Source of the DNA: Thermoproteota archaeon
GTDB lineage: Archaea; Korarchaeota; Korarchaeia; B14-G2
DNA: 37,163 nucleotides
Direction of reading: 5' to 3'
Assembly (NCBI GenBank): GCA_037917675.1
Contig: JAVCBW010000024.1
Location: 1 to 37,163 of the forward strand
Shown: piece by piece, positions 28,056 to 36,322 of the stretch
Numbering within the stretch: position 1 is the first letter of the stretch
Layout of the letters: each line of letters opens with the position of its first letter
Made by a program: the position numbers and the translations under genes
The notes under the pieces: generated by a model
Databases searched by the model: none
What the model was told of the DNA's origin: nothing
Seen by the model: the letters and a program-made list of their open reading frames with translations, nothing else

Positions 28056-28815
28056 AGATGATTATCTTCCTACCTTCATGCATGACCACCTTATATCTCT
28101 CACCATACATGTCAGCTACCTCAGGAAGCTCCAGGACTTCCTCTGGGGGCCCATATGCTATGATTCTCCTATTTAGTACTAGAAGCTTATCTGTAGCCTC
28201 TAGGAATGGTGTAGCATTATGTGTGACTAAAACTGTTGAAATTCTCTTCTCAGAGAGCTTCTTAAGCAAGCCTATGATGATGCTCTGAGTATGTGAGTCT
28301 ACTCCTGAGAGAGGCTCATCTAGTAGCAGGATCCTAGGGTCTGAGGCTAAAGCCCTAGCTATAAGCACCCTCTGCTGCTGCCCCCCAGAGAGGTGGCCGA
28401 ACGGCTCATCCCACATGTCTAGCACCTCTAGTGCTCTAGCAGCCTCCCTAGCAGCCTCTATGTCCCTTGTAGTGAAAGATCTTAGAGGGCTTAGCTTAGG
28501 CACTCTCCCCATTAGAACTACATCTCTCACTGTGACTGGGAGAGTAGGGTCTATTCGCTCTCTCTGAGGGACATAGCCTACTAGCCTTCTGACTCTAAGC
28601 GGGACCATAGCTGGATTTAAGCCTAGTACCCTGACTTCACCTGCTAGAGGCTTGATTATGCCTAGTATGGCCTTAAGTAGAGTTGTCTTCCCAGCTCCAT
28701 TAGGCCCCATGATGCAGAGGAGCTCTCCGCTATCTAGCTCTAGAGAGATGTCTTCTAGAACTATGTTCATGGGTGGATAGCCGACATAGAGGCTTCTGAC
28801 CTCTATGGCCTTCAA
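28036..28815 (-). CDS. Zn/Mn ABC transporter ATP-binding protein (ZnuC family)
   Basis: GPNGAGKTT, GYVPQR, LSGGQQQRV and LLLDEP motifs. Confidence 0.95.
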   Translation of the reverse strand: MKAIEVRSLYVGYPPMNIVLEDISLELDSGELLCIMGPNGAGKTTLLKAILGIIKPLAGEVRVLGLNPAMVPLRVRRLVGYVPQRERIDPTLPVTVRDVVLMGRVPKLSPLRSFTTRDIEAAREAARALEVLDMWDEPFGHLSGGQQQRVLIARALASDPRILLLDEPLSGVDSHTQSIIIGLLKKLSEKRISTVLVTHNATPFLEATDKLLVLNRRIIAYGPPEEVLELPEVADMYGERYKVVMHEGRKIIICGDTHA

Positions 28816-29783
28816 GCTCCCATCCTCTGCCTAATTAGGATAGCGGATAGAGCTAGGTTTAGGGCTAGCATCATGAGTATTATAGTGTGCTCTAGGGTGA
28901 AGCTCTGCTCTGGCTGTAGGCTAGCTGTCCTTGACGCCTGTATCCCAGCTAGAAGCGATGTGATCGTGTACTTCATGAACTCAGTATATGTGTCAGACTC
29001 TGAAGCCGGTATGCCCCACATGTAGACTACTGGAATCCCTGTCTGCTCTGATATAGCTCTAGCCACCCTGTCTTCATCTCCACCTTTAGCTGTAGCTAGC
29101 ACAATGATCACCTCAGCCTTCAGCTCTAGGGCCTTGCTAGCTGCCTCACTGACCTCCTTTGGAGATGGCATGTGCTCTTCTCCACCATGGATCACGGTTG
29201 CCACAGGTTTTAAGCCTAGGGCCTCGACTAGAGGCTCAAAGTGAGATGCAGCTAGGACTACTCTTGCTCCACTGGCTCTATGGAACTTGACCTGACTATG
29301 CGCCCACCTGATAAGCTCAGAAACCTCCGCCTCAAACTCTCTGAGCCTCAATTCATAGTACTCTGAGCCTTCTGGATCTATGCTAGAGAGAGCTTGAGCT
29401 ATGACACCAGCTATGACAGCTGCATTCTTAGGGTAGAGCCAGAGATAGTGTGGGTTTCCATTCCTGACGTATGCTCCAGCTGAGATCCAGTCGCTCCAGC
29501 CTACTCTAATCCTTCCACCTGAGCCTATGCTTGCTAGGAAGGGTTCAGTTCCGATTGTGAGAAGGACGTCGCATCCTCTGACAACCTCTATGTCTCTTGG
29601 TGTAGGAGCATACTGGTGGGGGTCGCTGCCAAACGGGACTAGTGTATAGACGGTAACACGGCTTCCACCTACTTCTCTAGCTATAGCCGCTAGAGGAGGT
29701 ATTGTAGCTACAACAGCTATCTTGCCTTGAGGCTGAGGTGCACTGAGCAAAGCTACCAGCATGAAGAGAGACATTATAGACAT
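28812..29783 (-). CDS. Zn/Mn ABC transporter substrate-binding protein (ZnuA/TroA family)
   Basis: Signal peptide, DPHQY and NPHYLW motifs, C-terminal TM anchor. Confidence 0.92.
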   Translation of the reverse strand: MSIMSLFMLVALLSAPQPQGKIAVVATIPPLAAIAREVGGSRVTVYTLVPFGSDPHQYAPTPRDIEVVRGCDVLLTIGTEPFLASIGSGGRIRVGWSDWISAGAYVRNGNPHYLWLYPKNAAVIAGVIAQALSSIDPEGSEYYELRLREFEAEVSELIRWAHSQVKFHRASGARVVLAASHFEPLVEALGLKPVATVIHGGEEHMPSPKEVSEAASKALELKAEVIIVLATAKGGDEDRVARAISEQTGIPVVYMWGIPASESDTYTEFMKYTITSLLAGIQASRTASLQPEQSFTLEHTIILMMLALNLALSAILIRQRMGA

Positions 29784-29823
29784 GCTTTACTAAACTGGTG
29801 AAGCTGCCTTTAAAGCTATCGGG

Positions 29824-30091
29824 TTAGAGAGCAAAGCCGAAGGCAGCTAGGAACTCCTCTATCCTCCTAAGCTCAATGAGGAAGTAGGCTCCCTTCCTAG
29901 CCAGCTTATAGGCTGTGTGTTCTCCAGCAACCTCTTCTATGAAACCCTCTCCTTCAGGTAGGCTTGAGCCTAGCATATGATAGGATTGCCCTATACATTA
30001 TGCGTGTAGGCCTGGCTTCACCTCCCTCATCCTCTATAGTCTCCAGGATGTCACTGAATATCTTCACTCTACTTCTGAGCTTCCCCTTGGA
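29824..30091 (-). pseudogene. Frameshifted winged-helix (HTH_45-type) transcription regulator
   Basis: KLRSRVKIFSDILETIEDEGGEARPTRIMYRAILSYARLK, then TGA at 29954-29956. It continues in another frame as GFIEEVAGEHTAYKLARKGAYFLIELRRIEEFLAAFGFAL*. No clear start codon. Absent from the ORF track. Confidence 0.8.
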
Positions 30092-30700
30092 CCGTAAGCC
30101 TCTCTACCCTCATCAACATAGCTAGGAGGCTGCTGAAGCCAGCTAACCTCACTATTCCTGCCAGCATGAGCATTAGAGGCATTATCTTAGCCATTACCAG
30201 CATCAGGTGGCTCAAAGCGATCATTGCGAATCCAGCTGAGACCAGCAGCGAGTTGAGAAGCCTTCTGGCAAGGTGATTTTGAGCTGCAAATGCTGTGACA
30301 GCTGACAGTACGAAGAGGAGGACTAGCTCATAGGCTGGATCGTACTCTCTCGGGAGCAATAGGAGGGCAGGGTATCCTCTAGCCTTCTTGAGGTATGCAC
30401 AGAGAAGCGTCAGGTAGCCGAATGCTCCAGCTGTAAAGTATATGAGGTATCCTACCCTGACTACTGGGAGAAGCTTGACTGGCGGAGGGTTTCTCGAGGA
30501 CATAACTGCAGGGAGGATCACGGACAGCTTTGAAATCACATGGGCAAGCATGCCGCTGCCAACTAGGGTGAAGCTCAGGTTGATCTGTAGGAGGTCTCTC
30601 CAGCTACTCTGTATCCCTTAAGAGCATAGTATCCGATAGAGAAGGCTATCAGAGAGCTTACTAGCTCAGCTAGAATGTCAGCTACCAGAGGAGCTGGCAT
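30069..30700 (-). pseudogene. Frameshifted multi-TM membrane protein
   Basis: ATG at 30700 gives MPAPLVADILAELVSSLIAFSIGYYALKGYRVAG. A -1 shift in a GA run near 30595 joins DLLQINLSFTLVGSG and the 30069-30551 ORF. Confidence 0.7.
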
Positions 30701-30744
30701 CACCCATGGGCTCATAAAGCCTGATGTGGTGTTCATTTAAAGGT

Positions 30745-31602
30745 TTAGCAGCTTCTGCTATGTAAGTTAGATCTGCTGAAAGGCCTTGGTAAGAGGTCCC
30801 TTATGCTGGCTATCTCCAGGCTTCCTCTGGTGTTAGCCATAGCGACCACAGCAGCTGGGCCATGCTCGTAGATGACCTGCCTGCATGCTCCACATGGGAG
30901 CGTGGGTTTCTCTGCTTCTGTCACGACAGCTATAGCCTTCACCTCACGCTCCCCCTCTGATATAGCCTTGAAGACTGCGACTCTCTCAGCGCATATGGTT
31001 AGGCCATAGGATGCATTCTCAACATTACATCCAGTGTATACTGCTCCACTAGACGCCAAGACAGCTGCACCAACCCTGAACCTAGAGTATGGGGCATAAG
31101 CTGCCTTCATAGCTTCTGCTGCAAGCGAGACAAGCCTGGGTAGCTTGGTGCTCACATCAACCTCCCTTGAGAAAACCCTTGTAAGCCATCCTATCCTGAT
31201 GAGAGAAGGCCTATCTTTGAAGGTATAGGGCTTTAAGTCCAGCACAGGTGAGCCATCCACGGCATCGACCCCTCTAACCTTGAGAGAGCCCCCTTCAACT
31301 GATAGAAGCTCCATTACAGTCAAGGCTATCCTGTTAGGTCTGTTAGGATGCCTAGTAGCAAACACGCCCCTAATCTCATGGTCATGGAGAGGCTTAACTA
31401 GCAGGCTCTCTTCTCTCGCCAGGTGGAATAGCCATAGGACTATTATATGTGAAAACCCATCTAGGTCTCTGAGCCCATCCCTGTACTCTGGATAGATGCA
31501 TATTTCGCCCTCAACCTGGCTGTAGTCCCATGGCACCTCCTCAACACGTTTAAATGGAGACTTTATCACGCCTATGGGTGATATCGAGGCTATCATGGTC
31601 AT
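30745..31602 (-). CDS. Fusion of TsaA/TrmO (YaeB-like) methyltransferase domain and cytidine deaminase
   Basis: N-terminal PIGVI, LDGFSHI, GVFATR.PNRPN.I, DAVDGSPVLDLKPY; C-terminal AYAPYSRFRVGAA, GCNVENASY, CAE and PCGACRQ; one uninterrupted frame. Confidence 0.88.
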   Translation of the reverse strand: MTMIASISPIGVIKSPFKRVEEVPWDYSQVEGEICIYPEYRDGLRDLDGFSHIIVLWLFHLAREESLLVKPLHDHEIRGVFATRHPNRPNRIALTVMELLSVEGGSLKVRGVDAVDGSPVLDLKPYTFKDRPSLIRIGWLTRVFSREVDVSTKLPRLVSLAAEAMKAAYAPYSRFRVGAAVLASSGAVYTGCNVENASYGLTICAERVAVFKAISEGEREVKAIAVVTEAEKPTLPCGACRQVIYEHGPAAVVAMANTRGSLEIASIRDLLPRPFSRSNLHSRSC

Positions 31603-31653
31603 CTGGTGAGTTTATCTGCAGCCGCTTTTAAGCATGGAGTACAGGTGTAGGCT

Positions 31654-32745
31654 ATGCCAGGCAGTAGGCTAGAGAAGGCTTTAGGGCTCCTGGAGGAGCT
31701 CAACCTAGATGCTATAGTGCTGCTTAACTTAAGCTATCCTCAGGTCGACTTGAACTTCATATATCTGCTTCAGCCTGAGTCAGGGTTATTTGAGGGCTCC
31801 TACCTAGTGCTCTCTAGGGAAAGAGCAGTTCTCTACACGTATAGGCTTGAGGAGCCTGCAGCCAAGAGGATAGATGCTGTCAGAAGCGGAGCTGTAGAGA
31901 TTGAAGTGATAGAGAAGCCTGAAGACGTGCTTAAGCAGCTGAGGAAGTTCAGGAGGCTAGGCATGAATCTCAAGTTCACGCCAGCTAGCACAGCTACGAG
32001 AGTAAGGGACATGGGTGTCACTCTAGTTGATGTCTCAGAGGAATTTGACGAGATGAGAATGATAAAAGAAAGCTCTGAAATAGAGGCTATACAGAATGCT
32101 GCTAGAGCAGCTGAGAAGGCACTCAGTGTAGTCTATACAGTGGATATCAGAGAGACTACTGAGAGAGATCTCAGAGCTGAGATAGAGTATAGGATGCTGA
32201 AAGAAGGATGTGAGCCAGCATTCCAGACCATAGTGGCATATGATGAAAATGCATCAATACCACACTACACGACAGGCTCTAGGGATAGGAAGCCAAGGAG
32301 GCTTGCTCTAATAGACCTGGGAGCCAAGTGCAAGTGGTATGTCTCGGATTTAACAAGAACCTTCCTTCTGGAAGAGGACAGGGAGCTGGAAGACCTGTAT
32401 ATGGCTGTACTTGAAGCGCAGTCTAAGGCGATAGACGCAATTAAGCCAGGTATCAAGGCAGGTGAGCCAGATAAAATAGCGAAGGAGACGCTGAAGTCTA
32501 GGGGATACCAGCCATACCCGCATTCACTAGGCCACATGATAGGCCTCAATGTACATGAGGGAAGGAGGCTTAAGGAGGGAGAAACATATGAGCTTAGGGA
32601 GGGCATGGTGTTTACAGTAGAGCCTGGAGTATATATTCCAGAGAAGCTTGGAATCAGGATAGAAGATGATCTAGCTGTGGGGAAGCAGGGAGCGAATCTT
32701 CTCACCTCCTTCAGGAAGGAGCTGGAAGACATAGTACTCGCTTAA
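31654..32745 (+). CDS. pepQ: Xaa-Pro peptidase (M24B)
   Basis: IPH, DLGA, SDLTRT, HSLGHMIGLNVHE, TVEPGVY and GIRIED motifs. Confidence 0.93.
   Translation: MPGSRLEKALGLLEELNLDAIVLLNLSYPQVDLNFIYLLQPESGLFEGSYLVLSRERAVLYTYRLEEPAAKRIDAVRSGAVEIEVIEKPEDVLKQLRKFRRLGMNLKFTPASTATRVRDMGVTLVDVSEEFDEMRMIKESSEIEAIQNAARAAEKALSVVYTVDIRETTERDLRAEIEYRMLKEGCEPAFQTIVAYDENASIPHYTTGSRDRKPRRLALIDLGAKCKWYVSDLTRTFLLEEDRELEDLYMAVLEAQSKAIDAIKPGIKAGEPDKIAKETLKSRGYQPYPHSLGHMIGLNVHEGRRLKEGETYELREGMVFTVEPGVYIPEKLGIRIEDDLAVGKQGANLLTSFRKELEDIVLA
32515..32539. repeat. 25-nt exact direct repeat, copy 1 (inside the peptidase YPHSLGHM motif)
   Basis: TACCCGCATTCACTAGGCCACATGA, identical to 32794-32818. Confidence 0.95.
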
Positions 32746-32792
32746 TGCTAGGGCTACAGCCGTCTCAGAGCCTGCTGCAGGCCTCTAGGAGC

Positions 32793-33524
32793 TTACCCGC
32801 ATTCACTAGGCCACATGACATCGTGTTCTGCAGCCCTAGAAGTAGCTGCTGGAGCTCCTGTCTTGAAGATAGTAGCTGATATTGGGCTATGCATTATATA
32901 ATACCTGAGATAACTCTCAGCATCTATCCTCCGTACAGCTGTAGAGTCTACATCTACTATGTATATGTATGCCAGCTTTGCTTGCCTTAGCTCCTCAAGT
33001 GTTATCGGTGGGTTCTTGTAGTAGCTGTCGCAGATAGCCTTCAGCTCCAGGAGCTCCTTCACACTTCTCCTCTCTGGAGGCTTAACTAAGACTATAGGGA
33101 TCTGTAGGATGTGATATGGAGGGGTAGCTAGAGCAAAAACCTGTGCATGCCTGCTGTACCTCGCTATCTTAGCTGCTACCCTCGTGTACCTGTATGCTAT
33201 AGGGTCTAAGGCGTTCTCTGGTGGGACATATCCGGTCTCAACCTCGACTATGAGCACTTCACCACCTCTCCTAGCATACACGTCACAGACTAGGCTGCCA
33301 CCTAGCTCATGCTCGACATCTACATCATATCCTCTGGTGGCTAGATGCCAGGCACATATGGCCTCCATTACGCTGTGATTGCTCTTTAGAAGCCCTCTCC
33401 TATGCATATCCTTTAGCTTCCTAATGATCTTCTTAAGCTGGTAAGCAGCCCATGTACCTGAGCTAGGATGCAGCTTGCTGACAAGTATGTCAAGGTCTTC
33501 TTCGATATCCTTCAAGAATACCAC
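32793..33524 (-). CDS. Uncharacterised protein with PD-(D/E)xK nuclease-like motif
   Basis: HSVME..L..RGYDVDVE..CDVYARR..LIVEVETG pattern fits a restriction-endonuclease-like fold, with ExE in place of ExK. KIARYS and YYKNPP resemble a conserved TACK hypothetical family recalled from memory. Confidence 0.75.
   Translation of the reverse strand: MVFLKDIEEDLDILVSKLHPSSGTWAAYQLKKIIRKLKDMHRRGLLKSNHSVMEAICAWHLATRGYDVDVEHELGGSLVCDVYARRGGEVLIVEVETGYVPPENALDPIAYRYTRVAAKIARYSRHAQVFALATPPYHILQIPIVLVKPPERRSVKELLELKAICDSYYKNPPITLEELRQAKLAYIYIVDVDSTAVRRIDAESYLRYYIMHSPISATIFKTGAPAATSRAAEHDVMWPSECG
32794..32818. repeat. 25-nt exact direct repeat, copy 2
   Basis: Identical to 32515-32539; supplies the last codons (MWPSECG) and part of the stop of the 32793-33524 ORF. 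Confidence 0.95.
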
Positions 33525-33607
33525 CTGAAAACCTGGAGCTTTACTTTCAACATGTTATAAAGCTATTTAATGGGAAAAGCTAAAATGGGCTTCGAGAAGA
33601 TGATAGT

Positions 33608-33745
33608 GGGCTGGCGGAGCAGGCCGGTGTATGGGTTTCTGCTGAATCTCAGGGTAGCCGCAAGGCTACTCAGAGGCTCAGTGGGAACTCCCTGAGGTCT
33701 GAGGACCTTAAGGGAGGCTCATACACCAGGCTTCGACGCCAGCCC
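33608..33745 (+). ncRNA. Unassigned highly structured Y-shaped RNA candidate
   Basis: Terminal stem GGGCTGGCG/CGCCAGCCC, stem GGTGTATGG/TCATACACC, long arm capped by GGGTAGCC-GCAA-GGCTACTC, second arm TCCCTGAGGTC-TGAG-GACCTTAAGGGA. Many G-U pairs on the + strand. Confidence 0.7.
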
Positions 33746-35010
33746 TACTTCCCTGACCTTCTAAGTACAGCTTGAAGAGCAGCTGAGACAGCTAGTGAGG
33801 GCAGACTAGCACCTAGACTTGGCATGTACTTTACCAGTAGGAAGTAAGTTATCAGCCCTGCTACCCATGATGCTATCGACCTCCAGGCTACGTGTGGAGC
33901 CTTCTCATAGAACTCATCTAGCTCCACTCGCCCTCTCCTCACAATGAAGTACTCTGAGAGAGTTGTACCAAACAGTGGGATGAATGTTGCTCCTATCATG
34001 AGAAGGAACCACTCATACTCTGCTAGAGGAAGAGTGTAGGCTAATACTGCTGATACTGCTGTGATAGCTAGGACAAGCTTCCACTGCCTTAACCTAGGTA
34101 GCATGTTCTGTATCGAGACTGCTGAAGAATAGACGTCTGCAAACGCATTATCTGTCTCATCGACTAAGATAGCTATGAGAGCTAGTGTGCCCATGTATAG
34201 CTGTAGTATTGAAGCTGCTACAAACTCCTCTCCTGCCAGAGCAGCTAAAGCTGCACCTAAGGCATAGAACCACGTGTTAGCTGCTGTGTAGCCTAGTAGT
34301 GTACCGGTGAAACCAGAGGAGGGCTTCATGCTGAACCTGTTGTAATCAGATATCAGAGGCATCCATGAGATAGGCATCGCTATCACGAGGTCTAGTGCTA
34401 GAGGCCATGGCATGCCTCCCTGCCCACCTTCTACAGTCCATGTTGGAGCCTTAAGCACCTGGTATGTTATCCAAGCTGTTGATATGTAGACTAGCCATAT
34501 AGCGAACTTCTCAAGCCACTGCCTGATGACAGCAAGTGGCCCTCCTATCGCTAGGAGCACTACAAATGCTGAAAAGGCTGTTAGCCACACTAGTGTCAGC
34601 CCTGATCCTCCAGCTATCATAGCAGCTGCCTCAGCCATCACCTTGAGCTCGAAGGCTGTCCATCCTACTAGCTGAAGCACATTTAGGGCTGTAGCAATAT
34701 ATGAGCCTGACTTGCCGAACACTGGACGTAAGGAGACCATGGTTGGAACGCCATGTCTAGCTCCTATGACTCCAGCTGCAGCTAGCAGCGTGCTTCCGAT
34801 TATGGAGCCTATGAGAGAGACTACCAGCGCCTGCCTTAATGTGAGAGATGGAATCATTAGTGCTCCAGCTTGCAGCACTAGTATACCTACTCCGAGGCTT
34901 GACCACAGCACGAAGAGGTCTATGCCTCTTAGAACCCTAGCCTCTCGTGGAACCGGCTCAACCCCCCACTCAGGTGGAGCTCTAATCCAGGATCTCCTCT
35001 TACTAGGCAT
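33745..35010 (-). CDS. cytX: NCS1-family permease, putative hydroxymethylpyrimidine (thiamine precursor) transporter
   Basis: FVLWSSLGVG, NVLQLVGW..FE, AMPISWMPLISDYNRF and DETDNAFADVYS motifs; preceded by a TPP riboswitch. Confidence 0.87.
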   Translation of the reverse strand: MPSKRRSWIRAPPEWGVEPVPREARVLRGIDLFVLWSSLGVGILVLQAGALMIPSLTLRQALVVSLIGSIIGSTLLAAAGVIGARHGVPTMVSLRPVFGKSGSYIATALNVLQLVGWTAFELKVMAEAAAMIAGGSGLTLVWLTAFSAFVVLLAIGGPLAVIRQWLEKFAIWLVYISTAWITYQVLKAPTWTVEGGQGGMPWPLALDLVIAMPISWMPLISDYNRFSMKPSSGFTGTLLGYTAANTWFYALGAALAALAGEEFVAASILQLYMGTLALIAILVDETDNAFADVYSSAVSIQNMLPRLRQWKLVLAITAVSAVLAYTLPLAEYEWFLLMIGATFIPLFGTTLSEYFIVRRGRVELDEFYEKAPHVAWRSIASWVAGLITYFLLVKYMPSLGASLPSLAVSAALQAVLRRSGK

Positions 35011-35046
35011 AGCTCCCCTCCAGCAGACACCGGAGGGGGCTGAGGT
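35011..35046 (-). promoter_or_regulatory. SD-sequestering hairpin (riboswitch expression platform)
   Basis: AGCCCCCTCCGG-TGTCTG-CTGGAGGGGAGCT immediately before the cytX ATG; the GGAGG SD lies in the stem. Confidence 0.8.
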
Positions 35047-35061
35047 GCGGTAAGGAAGCGT

Positions 35062-35166
35062 GCGGGCACGCTCCCTACGCCGGCATTACCCGGATCAGGT
35101 TCAAGGGGTCGGCGGCGCGATAGCCGCCCTCTCAGCCAGGTTGCCCCCAGCTCCCCCGGTGCCCGC
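35062..35166 (-). ncRNA. TPP riboswitch (THI element) aptamer
   Basis: Minus strand: P1 GCGGGCAC/GTGCCCGC, GGGG, CTGAGA, ACCC-TTGAACCTGAT-CCGGGTAATGCCGG-CGTAGGGA; matches the TPP consensus core. Confidence 0.95.
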
Positions 35167-35187
35167 TAGATAGCCTACAGGGGCGTA

Positions 35188-35196
35188 CTTTAAAAA
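35188..35196 (-). promoter_or_regulatory. TATA box for the riboswitch-cytX transcript
   Basis: TTTTTAAAG centred ~26 nt upstream of the first P1 nucleotide. Confidence 0.7.
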
Positions 35197-35234
35197 CTTC
35201 AGGTATGCTATGCTGGTTCTCTGTAGCTGCTGAT

Positions 35235-36239
35235 CTACTGGAATTTGAAAACACCTTCAGCTAAGATCTCCCTTGTTGAGCCATCTCTGTACTTTACTGT
35301 GACAGTTGGCTTTGTTATGAGGAAGTCTATGTGGCTTCTGGAAGTGTTTCTTCCACCTGGCATATCTCTATTGCTCCCGAAGGCGACGTGTGCTGTCCCA
35401 TAGACCTTCTCACTCTCCAAGAACTCCTCTACCACTCTAGCCTTTCTGTTGATCCCTATCGCAAACTCTCCTAGCATACTAGCTTGAGCGTCTGCTTTAA
35501 GCACCCTCTGGATCACATCTCTGACTTCTGGCCGGCATTTCAGGCTTTCTAAGTCAGCTTTCCCCCCGCTGGCTCGGAGCTCTATACCTCCCTCAACTAG
35601 GCCTATGCCACCTGCAGCCTCAGCTACAAGCTTACCGCTCATACTGCTCTCTATAGGAGCTACTGTAACCTCTCCAACAGGTAGGTTTATCCACATGAGG
35701 CTTCTCCAGTCTAGCTGCACATCTGTGAAGAACTCTCTGCCCTCTACTGAGATGGTGAAGTCTGCTCCACTAGAGCTCATCACCCTAACCTCCACTACAT
35801 CCTGTAGTGTGGTGAGCAGCTCTTGCGCTAGCTGCCTCATCTCAATGTAGTCTTCCTCAGATAGTGCAAGTGCTCCTTCAGCTAGCATATCTAGAGTTAC
35901 ACCTGGACAGTGAGCCAGTCTAACTCTACGCCTTCTCTCAAGGCTTATAAGCTCTATCCTGAACTCCACTTCTTCAGCAGGCCCCCTCAGGAGGTTCATG
36001 TAGACATCTGGGTGGCTAGCAATTATGGCTTCCCTCAGATGCAGTGGGATAGTTCTCCTGTACTCTTTAGAGGGCTCTAGAGTGATTAGTCTTGTCCACA
36101 AGCCCAATGAGAGAGCCGCTTTAGAGAAGGCTTCAGCTACCTCAGCCTTCTCCTCGTCAGCTACCACCAGGATACTCTCTCCAGGCACAGCCTCGAGGAC
36201 GAACTTTAAAGCATTACCTGCAGCCTTAGCTGGATCCAT
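35235..36239 (-). CDS. Aminopeptidase (M29 / aminopeptidase T family)
   Basis: NLPVGEV, LGEFAIGIN, ESEK..GTAHVAFG and SHIDF motifs. Start taken at MDPAK (36239). Confidence 0.9.
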   Translation of the reverse strand: MDPAKAAGNALKFVLEAVPGESILVVADEEKAEVAEAFSKAALSLGLWTRLITLEPSKEYRRTIPLHLREAIIASHPDVYMNLLRGPAEEVEFRIELISLERRRRVRLAHCPGVTLDMLAEGALALSEEDYIEMRQLAQELLTTLQDVVEVRVMSSSGADFTISVEGREFFTDVQLDWRSLMWINLPVGEVTVAPIESSMSGKLVAEAAGGIGLVEGGIELRASGGKADLESLKCRPEVRDVIQRVLKADAQASMLGEFAIGINRKARVVEEFLESEKVYGTAHVAFGSNRDMPGGRNTSRSHIDFLITKPTVTVKYRDGSTREILAEGVFKFQ

Positions 36240-36322
36240 GGAATCCCTAGGCCTGCTGTGCTGCAATGATTTAGGCTTTCCTGTCTGAAGCAGTCTTAGG
36301 CTATACTTATATCACCTTCTCA

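Noticed and set aside
32515-32818. CRISPR repeats or att sites of an intact integrated element
   Set aside because: Only two copies 279 nt apart, one inside a conserved coding motif, with no cas or integrase gene.
33608-33745. Identification as tRNA, tRNA-Sec, tmRNA, 5S, SRP, RNase P or hammerhead
   Set aside because: GGCTTCGACGCC is only T-arm-like. There is no cloverleaf, SRP helix 8 motif, RNase P P4 consensus or CUGANGA/GAAA core.
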